Origin: Orbicella franksi
Taxonomy: Eukaryota
DNA length: 64,000 bases
Direction of reading: 5' to 3'
Assembly (NCBI GenBank): GCA_964199315.1
Contig: OZ116706.1
Location: 30,876,001 to 30,940,000 of the forward strand
Shown: one piece after another, positions 11,601 to 22,900 of the stretch
Numbering within the stretch: position 1 is the first letter of the stretch
Layout of the letters: the number at the start of each line of letters is the position of its first letter
Position numbers and translations under genes: made by a program
Notes under the pieces: generated by a model
Databases searched by the model: none
Seen by the model: only the letters and a program-made list of their open reading frames with translations
What the model was told of the DNA's origin: nothing

Positions 11601-14600
11601 CGTGAAATGCAGCGGAAAACGCTTTGCATTCCATAATTCAATTTAGGAAAAACGTTCAGAACTCCGTCGAATCTAGTGTACAAGTGAGCAGTACTCGAGT
11701 ATATTTCGCCGGAGTAACTCTTTACAACTCAGAGCGATTTCAAATTGGTAAGTACTCAATTACAACAAGCGGTATTCGAGTATATCGCCGGAGTAATCTT
11801 TAAACATGCGATTTCAAATCGAGTGGCTTTCAATATGAAAGTATTTCAACGAGCAGTGTGACGAGTAAGTTTTAATTACTTGGAGCGATTTGGAAAATGT
11901 TTTAAGCATTGCCTGAACATATTGAGTACTCAAAGGCAGTATGGAAAACTTAAATGCTTAGGATGAACAAAACGAAATAAATTGTTTTCCGCGGTTAATG
12001 CGTGACAGTTAAAATGGATATAAATGGATATAAATGGATACAAAACAGATCAGGTCGAAAAAGGAAAAAGTGTCATCTTGTGAAAAGTTACTCTAAGTTA
12101 TCTATTCACTTCACAAGGCCACCCGTAACTCAAAACAGGTTTGCCCTGTATGTGTTCGCCATTTTGAATCATCAAATCCAACCGGTTTCAGAAGCTCGTT
12201 TGACCGGTTTGACCATGACGTCAGAACTTTTTCATTGGTTCACAGCCAAGTCTTTGTTCTTTTGCTTTATACGCGCGACACCACCCGGATGGTTGGGCGG
12301 CAGGTTAACTGCACTCCATACTCATATCTCTCTCTCTTAAACACTCAAACAGCATGCATTGCCATTAACCCCCTCCAATACCTGCCTCCCAATTCCCTAC
12401 ATATTCCTAATTCAGCTCCCATTAATGCCCAAGCACACCCCTAGCCTAACACCCCTACCCTGACATCTCTCTAACCCGCACCACATCTTATTTATCTCCC
12501 ACAAATCCCCCACATAATCCCCACATATCCTACTTATTTTTTCAGTGATATTCATCGGTGCGAATTTAATATATCTCACACGGCTTCACAATTAGTACCC
12601 AGAACAACTATGGCATTGCTTGAAGTTAGAGCAGTCTTTATAAAATAGTGTAAATCTGCAGCATTTCTGACGCTCTCCGTTAAAGACAACTTTTGCATCG
12701 AATGAAATAATGGGAACCGAATGAAAGAACAACAGTCGGCCAACACAGTCTCTGAACTCCCTTCTCTTGTCGACTTTGTAAATAAATTTTTGAAAGATGC
12801 TCTCCGCTTTTGTCCCAGACTCGATACAACAGAACCTGAAGAAATTAATACAATCCTACTCCTTCTTTTAACTCCCTCTTTTGGAGTTCTTCGTGGGAGT
12901 GGAGGGCATTTGTTTTGTTGTTATGTTGAGATTTTCTCATTTTTCTCACCCTTCGATAGAGACTTACTCAGGGAAATAATGTACAGTGACTAAATTCTCG
13001 CAACAAGTTATGCCAGGACGCTTGTATTTGGGGGACCTCTTTCTGCTCTGGTCATGCCGAGAAGCGCGCGTTAGTTTCTGGGCGCGAATTACATGGAAAT
13101 GGGTGGTTGTTATGGGAAAAGACTGGTTCTTATAGCAGACATTCCTTTCCCTTCTTTCTCGGGTTTTTCTTTTCCCCAATCCCTTCCCCATTTACGCCTG
13201 CAACCCCGGCTATCTGGATATACTTCTTACATGTACAGTACCTGCATGATGATTTTAAGGGTGACTCCAGCCTTAGAACGAAAAACAAAAAAATGAAATT
13301 ACAAACCAAGGATTTCCTCCTGAGTGGCAAACATATAATTATACACCCTTAAAGTTATGATAACTGTAGAGCCGAAACTTAAAGCTCTTTTATACAGCAG
13401 AATAAAGGATAAAGAATGCTGTATGTATGGCTCTGGATTAGATTGTATTGCTATAGTTATTTTTTTTTTTTTTTTGGATTGTACACGAAAGTACATGGTG
13501 TTTGTTTGCCATTTGCTGTTTGAAGGCACGGATGTCATTTTTGCGAGATTATAGTCGTCACTATTTGGTTAGCCTGGGTCACTCTGTTGATGAGACTTGC
13601 AAAGAAAAAAACTGTTGCAAGGCCAACGCAAGAGTTGGAATACATGTTTGTCATAAACTTTGTAATATTCAACTTATAAGTAGTTGCTGAGTGTCGGGAA
13701 TTTTGCTGGCATTTTATCGTTTTTACTGAAGTAAAAGCATCACGAAGAACACAATTATGAAGTGGTATTTTTATGGTCATACCTACATGTATAGATTAAC
13801 CGTTTCAGAGACCAGTTCGAGAGACAAGAAAAGTTCGACGCGTTGACCCGTTTGAACAAACGAGATTCAAACGCATTGCGAACTCGTTTGTGTTGCAGAG
13901 CACTGTAAGTATTGCGTATTTCTAATTAATGTCTCAATTGATGCTCAATTTATTAAAGTTGCAGATAATAATACAAACCTGTGATTAATAATTTTGAGCA
14001 GTCCAACTTTAAGTTCCAGTTCATCTGCACGTTTTTTGACCATTCTGACCAGGAAAAAAATTGCATTTTTGCATGTAAAGACAGTCAGTTTTAGCACTCT
14101 TGCTCTACTTCCTTTTGCTCTTTTCCCGTACGTTTTAATGCTTGTCTCACATTTCACAGTAATTTTCTAACAAATGCGTAGCCAATTTACAAAACATGAT
14201 TACAATGTAATTCTATGCACATTTCTAATTCAATGTTCTAACACATACATTGTAGCCAGTAACAGCCATTACAATCAACTAAACATCAATGCTTCCATCT
14301 TTCTAACTTTGTTCCATTGTAACAGACTATTATTTTTAGTTTATCACCTGATTGTTTCAGGTTCCAAGACTGCCGCTGCTAATTTTCCTGACAGATACAC
14401 TGCCTCTCTCTGACCTCTCTCCATTGCCTCAATGCACTCTTCATATTCTACCTACAAGTCAATGTGAAATACAATCCTGGGGGAGATCTAGGGGGTTTGG
14501 GGACTTTGATCGAGCCCCCTAAATTAAAAAAAAAGAGATGTTACAACATCCTGACTTGGCCTCAGAATGCTGGAAATCCCGTTTCTGAGAACCTAAATAC

Positions 14601-16511
14601 CTTTTAAACAATATCTGCTGGAGTATGCCCCAGAACCCCCTACAGGGGATTACCTTCTGCAGTCCATATCTAAAACTGCCTTCTACAAAATCCTGTATCC
14701 GTACCAGCAATCTGCATCACAGGTCATGGAAAGTAATTCCTTCTACCGCAGTTCAATATTGGATAACATGATAAGAGTTAAAAGCCTTTATCCAGCTCAT
14801 TTGTGCTAAAAAGAATTTCTTTATTGAAAAATTCCACTTCTGACACCATGTTTAGTACTCACAACTGTCAGCCATAATAGTCAAAAAGTACAAGGATCAT
14901 GACAACTGTCTACTTGGTTATTGAGAAAACAGCAACTAAAACACATCACAACCCAAGACAACTTGTTACATCATTGCAATTTAAAGCCACATTATTTTTG
15001 ACTGGTAGGACCAAAGGCAAATTTGAATGCAATAAATTTTTTACAAGGATGTATCTTTTCAGTTTTTTCTCCAATACCTTTATTCTGGAAAGTAGATCTC
15101 TGTATGTTGAATGCTCATCTATCAGTCTTTCAAAGCATACTTTGTGCACACAGAAACGGTCCTAGAATGCATATTCACAAAGTTTTTCATTATATACACA
15201 GCAATTCATGAATATTGCAAACATACCTATGGCCTCAGGAAATAAAAAAAATGTTGATTAAGAACACTATCTAACAAGCACTGCAGCTTGTAATAAAATT
15301 CTGAAAATTTACCAACAAATATTATCAATTCTTCTAACAATTTAGAACAGTCAGCCATCTTGAACAGTCATGAAACTTCCAGATATGATTATTGTTATAA
15401 TTAGTAATGATTCCTGAATCAGCTTTACCTATACACTGTAGTTATCATCCCCAACAATTAAAACACATCACAGATCTATGCAGCCAGCCCACTAGAAGTG
15501 GTACCTTCCTGCTCCCCCCCCCCCCCCCACCCACCCTCTCCCATCTTCCAGCAATCCTACTTACACAAGGCAGGACATGAGTCTTAATCCCAGACTCTCT
15601 TATTTATGCTAACAGTACAGGTATGGCAATTTAATGATTCATTATTTTTCATTTTGTTTTATAACATGATATCCCAATTGGAAAGAAGTATGCTATAACA
15701 AAGAGGGAATTTAATGGCTAGGGGGAGAGCTACTATTCCTGGATGATACAACAGTCCTCACATTACTCTGACAAACATACAGTAAATTATGCCATGAACA
15801 TTAATGCCACCCTCCAGAAAATACTTGACCTCCTTTTTGCACCTCCAGCCCCCCCCCCCCCCCCCCCACCCCTGGCCATAAAAATCGCTAATTGCATACC
15901 AGGGTTGTTGTTGTTTTGCTGTTGTGCTGGAGATTAGGAGATGGATGACATAACATTTCCATCAGCAATTGTAGTAGGAAATAAATTCAATACACTTTTA
16001 CCTGTTTGGTAGTTTTGACACTGCTATCCAGATTCAACAGTTCCTAACCAAAATTGATTAAATATAAGTTGTAAGAAGCTTACTTTTTAATATAACTAAA
16101 GCTTACTTCCTGTTTTATTACAAATAGGCCCTTCCACGGTTTATTGATATTTTTAAATATCAATTTTAAAACACATTTTAAGCTATCAATTCCTAATCTT
16201 TCACTTATTAATGAATTAAGGCGAAAGTATATAATTGTTTCTCAGGATCAGGAGGATCTTCTCTTCCGGGTTTCAAAATTAAAAGAAAATAAATATTTTT
16301 CTTTTTTAATTAAGCTTAAGCTTATTACATTTTCAGTGTGAATCAACCAACAATAAATTGTAGCCGATCTCTTATAATTTGGATAGAAAACACAGCTGAA
16401 AACATCTCTTCCACTTTCTAAGACATTCACTTAATGCATTTCAGCCACCTAACTTTTCTTAAAACCTACCTTATTTAAGAAATCTTGAAGCTGATTTGAA
16501 TATACCGCCAT
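3812..16511 (-). CDS. CLHC1: Clathrin heavy chain linker domain-containing protein 1-like (5' and central exons; C-terminal exons below 3812 not resolved)
   Basis: Phase-compatible GT-AG exons on the minus strand: 16470-16511, 16002-16043, 15078-15161, 14348-14451, 13979-14044, 13242-13271, 10785-10843, 10194-10297, 9653-9705, 9104-9158, 8441-8521, 7764-7860, 6478-6602, 5760-5819, 5070-5126, 4620-4684, 4203-4312, 4005-4045, 3812-3870. Translation: MAVYSNQLQDFLNKELLNLD...VCFERLIDEHSTYRDLLSRIKVEYEECIEAMERGQREAVYLSGKLAAAVLEPETIRMVKKRADELELKVGLL...EDDDPTKDREAEFILEYIENFFELFEAGKVEDAALLAAHSPKGVLRTMENLEKFK...KDLLTHWMAQDQLTLSEEVG. This follows recalled vertebrate CLHC1 ([88 protein letters not shown]). 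An in-frame ATG also lies 12 nt upstream (16523). Confidence 0.85.
4750..4825. repeat. (CAGT/CAGC)n microsatellite
   Basis: Visible tetranucleotide repeats. Confidence 0.85.
5345..5725. repeat. Probable interspersed non-autonomous repeat
   Basis: Intronic block whose composition differs from its flanks and resembles recalled coral interspersed repeats. It explains the spurious ORFs 5148-5654. No second copy in this window. Confidence 0.4.
6038..6378. mobile_element. MITE (PIF/Harbinger-like TIRs)
   Basis: Perfect 18-bp TIRs GTCCACACTACGCCGGAG (6038-6055) and CTCCGGCGTAGTGTGGAC (6361-6378), with an internal partial TIR copy near 6105. Confidence 0.75.
6727..7150. repeat. Interspersed repeat with internal (TTCCGAAGA)-like short tandem units
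   Basis: Repeated ttccgaaga/tttccgaac units. It explains four overlapping low-complexity ORFs. Confidence 0.6.
7370..7630 (+). repeat. Interspersed repeat, copy 1 (copy 2 at about 62690-62860)
   Basis: Shared core gagagttgaaaatac...tagcag.gtatttttgacga.cttc..ggtgtttg in both copies. Confidence 0.7.
8024..8213. repeat. (ACGA)n/(ACGC)n compound microsatellite
   Basis: Directly visible. It produces the spurious ORFs 7901-8229. Confidence 0.95.
8599..8965 (-). mobile_element. 5'-truncated LINE remnant (L2/CR1-type ORF2 C-terminus with a (TTA)n tail)
   Basis: The minus-strand translation IYKTLNGAAPLYISDLLNYHTSQRTLRSSSQHLLAIAKARLKTYGER, followed by SIDSFKRHL, matches the typical post-RT tail of L2/CR1 ORF2. 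It ends in a (TTA)n run at 8599-8630. Confidence 0.75.
9208..9565. repeat. Interspersed repeat with internal hairpin
   Basis: Inverted segments ttcaatttggaattaatt and aattaattccaaattgaa, plus two cagccaatca motifs. Confidence 0.55.
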
Positions 16512-16921
16512 TTTCGTGTCCATCACATGTGCGTAGTTGAATCTGCGAATGTATCGACCCAAAAACCATATAATTAGCACAATTTCTCTTCAGTCGTGTT
16601 CCAGCAGGCTAAAAGATTGCTTCCGTTTTAACGATTTCGAAGAAACTCAAAAATTTACAAGCGGTTCAGGGAAAATCCTCATGGATGCAAACCCACTCAA
16701 CCCTTTTCAGCATAATTTTTTTGGGGCGCGTTTCCATCGTTACCATTGATTGCGTCAAATTACGCGCGGATTGAACACCATTCATCCCCAGTCCTACTCG
16801 AAAATTTGCACTGTCGTGCTGTCGTGACCGATCCAACATGGCGGAGAGTTGGGAGTATGGTTGAGTTTGTTTTGGCTGGAAGAAACACTGCAAAAAGAAT
16901 AACTTATAGAGCGTAGAAGCC
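16512..16921. promoter_or_regulatory. Short bidirectional promoter region between the CLHC1 and PHKA start codons
   Basis: Divergent ATGs are 410 nt apart and the region is CpG-rich relative to the introns. It holds an imperfect X-box-like GTTTCCATCGTTAC (16730-16743) and a YY1-type AACATGGCGG (16835-16844). Confidence 0.65.
16838..16864 (+). promoter_or_regulatory. Candidate uORF (MAESWEYG*) upstream of PHKA
   Basis: aacATGG context, TGA at 16862-64, 57 nt before the PHKA ATG and in the same frame. Relevant only if transcription starts upstream of 16838. Confidence 0.4.
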
Positions 16922-19900
16922 ATGAGGGCCCGGAGTAACTCGATTGTTCGTCTGGACTGGTATCACAGTCTTGTTAACCGCACCATTTTGGATTTTCAGG
17001 TAAGCTAATTTCTATAGGCTTATTTAGCTAGTTCATAAGATCGACTTTCGGTCCGATGACTGATACTTATTTGGGTTGAGATCAACTTGTTTTTATAATG
17101 AAGAGGCAAGGTATTGATCTGCTTCATTTTTTCGTTTGTCCTCCACTGGTTTTATTTGTCGCAAATCAAACCTGTGCGGTGCATCATGTCCCGACAAAAG
17201 CCATATCATATTTTCGTGCAAAGTTGACACGAATAACCTTTAGCTCTTCTTACGTACGTGTCTAAAAGAAACTTGAGCTGAAGTCTTAGTCACGTTATTT
17301 ACATCTTCGTATCATGATGATCACAACATGAACAATATCTATATTCCGCGTAACTTGCTGAAACAAAGAGTTTGTTTGTATAATTATATAACAGTTGAAA
17401 ATTTTGAATAACAAAGAGAATTAATAGATGTCGGTGTTTCTGAAGAATCGATCAATTAGGTTATATCGCCAGACACGCCAAAGTTTTGACCTCACGTCAA
17501 ACTTTCTTTTGTAATAACTACAGATCCTTTAGAATTAGTAGACATGTGCTAAAACCCAGAAACAGTTTGTAACAACCCAGAAAACTTTTATCTTATGATC
17601 AACAAGCAGACAAACAATATTTTATTATTTTGTAAGCTACATGTATATGGATGCACTTTATTGGGCTAAACTCCAGAATACCCGGCCACTTATTAGCATC
17701 TCATTGAATAAGAATAGCAACTATTGTTATATACCTCGTTCTTCAAAGCCCACCGGCACATGTAAATAAAGTGGCCGGGTATTCTGAAGTTGCTCCCTTT
17801 ATTGTGCAGCAACAAGAGAAAACTATAAACCCAGAAGTATAAATTGTGTGACTCTGCTTTCTGTTCCATTTGTGTTTTGGGTAAGTGCCTACTTTTGTTA
17901 ATAAACTTTATCAAAGTGCCAGTACATATGAAGCTCATAGAGCTCATTGGGAGCCCTTTTTTACATGTAAGTAAATAAAAATGTATCAATTTTGTATCTT
18001 GAAAGAAAAGGTATAGAGAAGTGATGTGTGCTATATATATAAGGTGTCTTATGAGTTATGTGCTGTATTGTGTGAACCAACCCAGGACCCAGTAACAGGA
18101 CTCTTGCCACCCAAAATAAACTGGGAGACATACAAATCAGGATCCAGTGATTGTAAGGATGCTTGGGTGCGGGACAATGTCTATAGTATTCTGGCTGTCT
18201 GGGGTCTTTCCCTGGCATACAACAAGAATGCTGATATGGATGAGGATAGAGCAAGAGCACATGAACTTACTCAGGTAAGATAAACAGAATGAACCTTATG
18301 CAATACATACATACATGTACAGCTGTCAGTGTTCTCTGTAAGCTTTGTCTAAGTACTAGCCCTCAATGTGCCAGCTAGTCTTAGAAGAATAAGATTTTTC
18401 AAGGTAAAAAATGTAGATTTGAAACAATCTTTTAGTTTTGCTAGTTTTCTATACCTTTTCAGTATCTCTTCAGGCAGAAATCTTTTCAAATTTGGCTGAA
18501 GGAATTTACTTTAGTTCATTTGAAATTTCACTGAAAGCATTTACAACAAACTACATGTACATTGTTTGTATAAAGCTGTATAAACTTATGTTTCTGGTAC
18601 TTACCTTTTTGCTTTTGCTTTCTGTAGGCTGTTGTGAAGTGTATGAGAGGATTGTTGCTGTGTATGATGAGACAGGTATGTTTTGGTGTAATCTGTGAGC
18701 CTTATGTGTCAAATGTAGTACAGACAAAGTGAAATATATAGATCTTATTGCGCAGTGGTTATGAATTTGCTTTAACTTGTCTTCAGGTTAACAAGGTTGA
18801 GAAGTTCAAGAGATCACAAGCCAAGGAAGATGCATTACATGCGAAATACAACTTAAGTGAGTGGTTGCAATTTTTAATTTTTTTTTATTACTGAATGGAA
18901 TGCACCAAATTTAACATGTATTTTTTACTTTTATTGTATATTTATATTTTTACTTATGTAACACCTGAGGCTAATTTTTCATTGTAAGTAATACTTGGTT
19001 TCTTCTTCAGTGATCATAGAAATTATTAGTCAAATTATCACCTTTTGAACTTTTCTTGTCATGACTAGTGGTACATTGTGTACATACAAATGTACATGTC
19101 CACTTAAATGCTTCTTGTTCATTTTCTTTATAGAAACCTGTAGTCCATGTGTTGGAGACCATGCATGGGGACATCTTCAAATTGATGCTACATCTCTTTA
19201 TCTCCTCATGTTAGCAGAAATGACTGCTTCAGGTAAAGTACATAGTCTATGTGTACACATGTAAAAGAAACATCATTTACAATGACTGAGTTACAGCCTG
19301 GCTCTAACATAAACCCTTTCTTGCACTCAGCAACTTTCTCACAACAGTTTACAACGTACTTGGACCTTCTTCAGTATTATCTCTTATTGTAATAGTGTAC
19401 ATACTGGAACAAATGTTGAAATTTCGTTTTGTTTTTGTTTTTGTTTTGTTTTTTTATTCTCCTTAGGAATACAGATTATTTTTACCCTTGATGAAGTGGC
19501 CTTCATTCAAAATTTGGTGTTCTACATTGAAAAGGCATATTGTATTCCAGTAAGTCAGTGATATCCAAATATAAAATATGCATAGATCTCTAGACAAGTG
19601 TATAACAGCTAAAAATGTACCAGATCAATGAACAGTGTAATTTAAAGGGTGTTGCTGATTATTTTGAAAATGAGTTGTCACTTAATACATTTTGATGTGT
19701 CCAATGTACATGTGGGATAAAGATTTTGCCGATTTTAATGTAACTTAGGTACTAAAGGTAACAAGTAGAATAGAAACTATTTGAGCCAGGAAAGCCTTAG
19801 AAACAATGATAGAAAGATTTAAATAACTTTCAACACGTCTCTGAAATGAAAGAAATATTCGTGTCCCAAGCAGGATTCGAACCTCTGTCTCCCCACATAT

Positions 19901-22900
19901 TAGTCACACATGATATCCACTACACCGTCAGCGCAGCCACGCTAAATACATGTACATGGCAACTTATAGTGTAGTGGATATCTCACCCTAAGTTAGCATA
20001 CGTGGAGACGCAGGTTCGAATCCTGCTCAGGAACCAAATTTTTCTTCTATTTCAGAGATGTGTCTCAAAAGCCGCCCTTAAGTTATTTAATTGGTATTTT
20101 GTCTTTCATTGTCTTTACACGTATGTTGGTTGGCCTATGGACTGTGAATTGAAAGATCGTTTCTCAGCCAGTGCGACTAAAACTTTTGTAATCATTATGA
20201 AACTTTCATGATGTTTTCAGGACTATGGTATCTGGGAAAGAGGTGACAAATTAAATCATGGCATGCCTGAGTTGAATGCAAGTTCTATTGGAATGGCAAA
20301 GGTTATTAAATTTCACATTTATTTTGACATGTAGTGCTTTTAGCAGCTGTGTAATTGTACTGTGTACAATGTATGTCCATGCGGGTATTACAGGGTATGT
20401 GTACATACAATGCATGTAGTATATGTGTTTACCACTCCAGGCTTTTGAACATAATTTGCAAATCAGTTGTTTTACTCATTTTCTGGTTGTGTTTTCAGGC
20501 TGCTTTAGAAGCATTGGATGGTCTGGATTTATTTGGCCCTGAAGGTGGACATTCCTCTGTCATTCACATCCTTCCTGATGATATTCAGCAGTGCAAGGTT
20601 TGCAGAATTTGATTGTCAGTCGCTCACACAGTACAGGCATCAAGTGTATGTTATATACACTGTACATTATAGTGTTATTAACATTGAACTATCTTGAAGT
20701 TCACATCATTGCTTGACATCAGTTTGTTTCATTTTCAACCTCAGGCTATTTTACAATCAATGGTCCCTAGAGAATCAAATTCTAAGGTATGCAAATGTTC
20801 CTGATTAATATTAATGTTATACATCCTTGTTGTTAAATCATTTTAATATACATGTATCACTTAACAATTTCTCTAGGAATGCTTGACTTGCTCCAACAGA
20901 AGGTGTTTTTATGCTGATGTATAAGGTTGCTGATTATAATATGTGGCTCTAAACTTTAAGATTCACATATTGTTCTTACATGTACACGGACAGGGGGAGG
21001 GCTTTAAAAACCTTTCCTGTATCACACCGTGAGTTGGTCTACCTGTGCGTGAATCTCAAGGGGGGAAAAGAAACATACAGGTAAAATCATGCAGTAAAAT
21101 TACTATGAGCTCTATGACTATTAACGCAAGTATCCAGTCATGTTACTTAACAGTTTTTTTAATTCACTTTTTTTCTCCATAGGAAATTGCTGCTTCAGTT
21201 TTAAGTGTGATTAGTTTTCCAGCCTTTGCTGTTGAAGATGATGATCTTGTAAAGGACTGCAGGGAGAAAATTATTACTAAACTACAGGTATCAAAAAGTT
21301 TATAGATGTCCAAGTTTAGTTATATGTTAAGTTCTCTCAGGTTTATTTTCATTTTCCACTCTTAAAACATGTAAAATTATGTGAGTCCAAGGAAAATAAA
21401 ATCAAACTTTATGGCAAATATTGACAGAAGGATTTTTTTATTTACAAGGCGGTTAGTGTAAATTAAAGTACATATATATTTTTTCTCGTAGTTAGAAAAG
21501 AACAAATGTCTGTCTAAAAGTTGGAAACATAATCTTAGATTAAAAATTATACACAGTTTCTTATTACAAACAACTTAAATTATTTTCTTATGATTATCTG
21601 ACAGGGTCACTATGGCCTGGTTCGTTTCATCCGAGATGGCTATAAGACTCCTCTTGAGGTTTGTAAAATTGAACAGATATAATTCTTTTGCTGAGAACTG
21701 AATGAAACGGTAATAGTTTTTAGTCAGAAGAAATTTAGAGTAAAAATAAATTGATGAAATTTGAACTCCCAGTGAATTGATGATGGAGAAAGTTTTTTGG
21801 TAATATAGAGTCTCCCTATGAAGGGTTTGGTAAGGTTTCTAACATGTTGGACTCCAGATCCAGCAGTACAGGTCTGAGCCCTATCAAAGGTCATTTTGTT
21901 GTGTTTTTAGGCAACGTACTTTACTCTCACTGTGCCCCTCTCCACCCAGGAGAATACACCTGTATTAGGCACATGTATACCGGTACCAGTAACGCATGCA
22001 TGTAGACGACTTGGTACCAAGCCCAAGTCAGTAACCTGTTGGCCATCCCTCCTCTTATCTGCTGATGAATATAATTCTCAACTTCAGAAAGTAACATAGA
22101 GTCAATAAAACATTTAAGTGAGGTTGTTTTATTTTACTGCAGGACCCATTCAGACTTCACTATGAACCAGCTGAGCTTGAAATCTTTGAGAACATCGAGT
22201 GTGAATGGCCATTATTTTACTGCTATCTTTTGTTGGATGCTTTGTTTAATGATGACGACGAGCAAGTATGAGTTTCATTTATTTGACTGTCACATTCTAC
22301 CGACATACATTACCAGTATATTCCTGTGATACTAATTATTACTGACAAGTATTTCAAGTTCTCTTGACTGTTGATTCCTCAATTTTTAATTCAAAGAAAC
22401 TGTTCACTACAAGGGTAAATGTTTTTTTTGTAAGCTCCTCCCAGATCATATCTACCTCCTCCAATGCGTCGCCATGCGTAATAGGCCAAGGTGACTCTTA
22501 CCATAATTTTTTACCACTCCATTTCACAGTAGGCTGTGATTTGCTTTAGATGATTTTATCAAACAGTAAAGACAGTGTTAGAAGAAATATACTTGAAGTA
22601 GAAAAACACTACCAGTGAGTTGCTTTGGATTTCCTGTTCAAAGAAATCTCCCAGAGCATACTACATGTACTTTTGCTTGTCCTTGAGCTGACTGTTCTTT
22701 AAATCAGCTCACGATTTAATTCAAGGAACACTTGTTGATTAATTTCTAGAAACACAGGAAAACGTTTCTCTATAACATGTAGAATTTCTTCATTATGCTT
22801 GTGGACGTTCATTGTTATTGATGCTCTGATAGGGAATCTTTTGCTGCAGCAATGGCAGCCATTACCCCTTGTATCCATTTCTCTCTTCTGGCTTGGAACC

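Noticed and set aside
13979-14044. ADELELKVG resembles an SH3 RT-loop motif
   Set aside because: Lacks the GD and WW motifs, and the segment aligns with the CLHC1 coiled coil.
15313-15926. Exon-like segments 15313-15358 (MADCSKLLEELIIFV) and 15900-15926 (HNSKTTTTL) on the minus strand
   Set aside because: Exon 15078-15161 fills this part of CLHC1 with clear homology and correct phase, so these are not needed. Minor use cannot be excluded.
19969-20040. Functional tRNA genes here and at SINE heads (35924, 37668, 58635)
   Set aside because: A/B boxes and T-arms are present, but I found no complete acceptor or anticodon stems and the sequences continue into repeat bodies.
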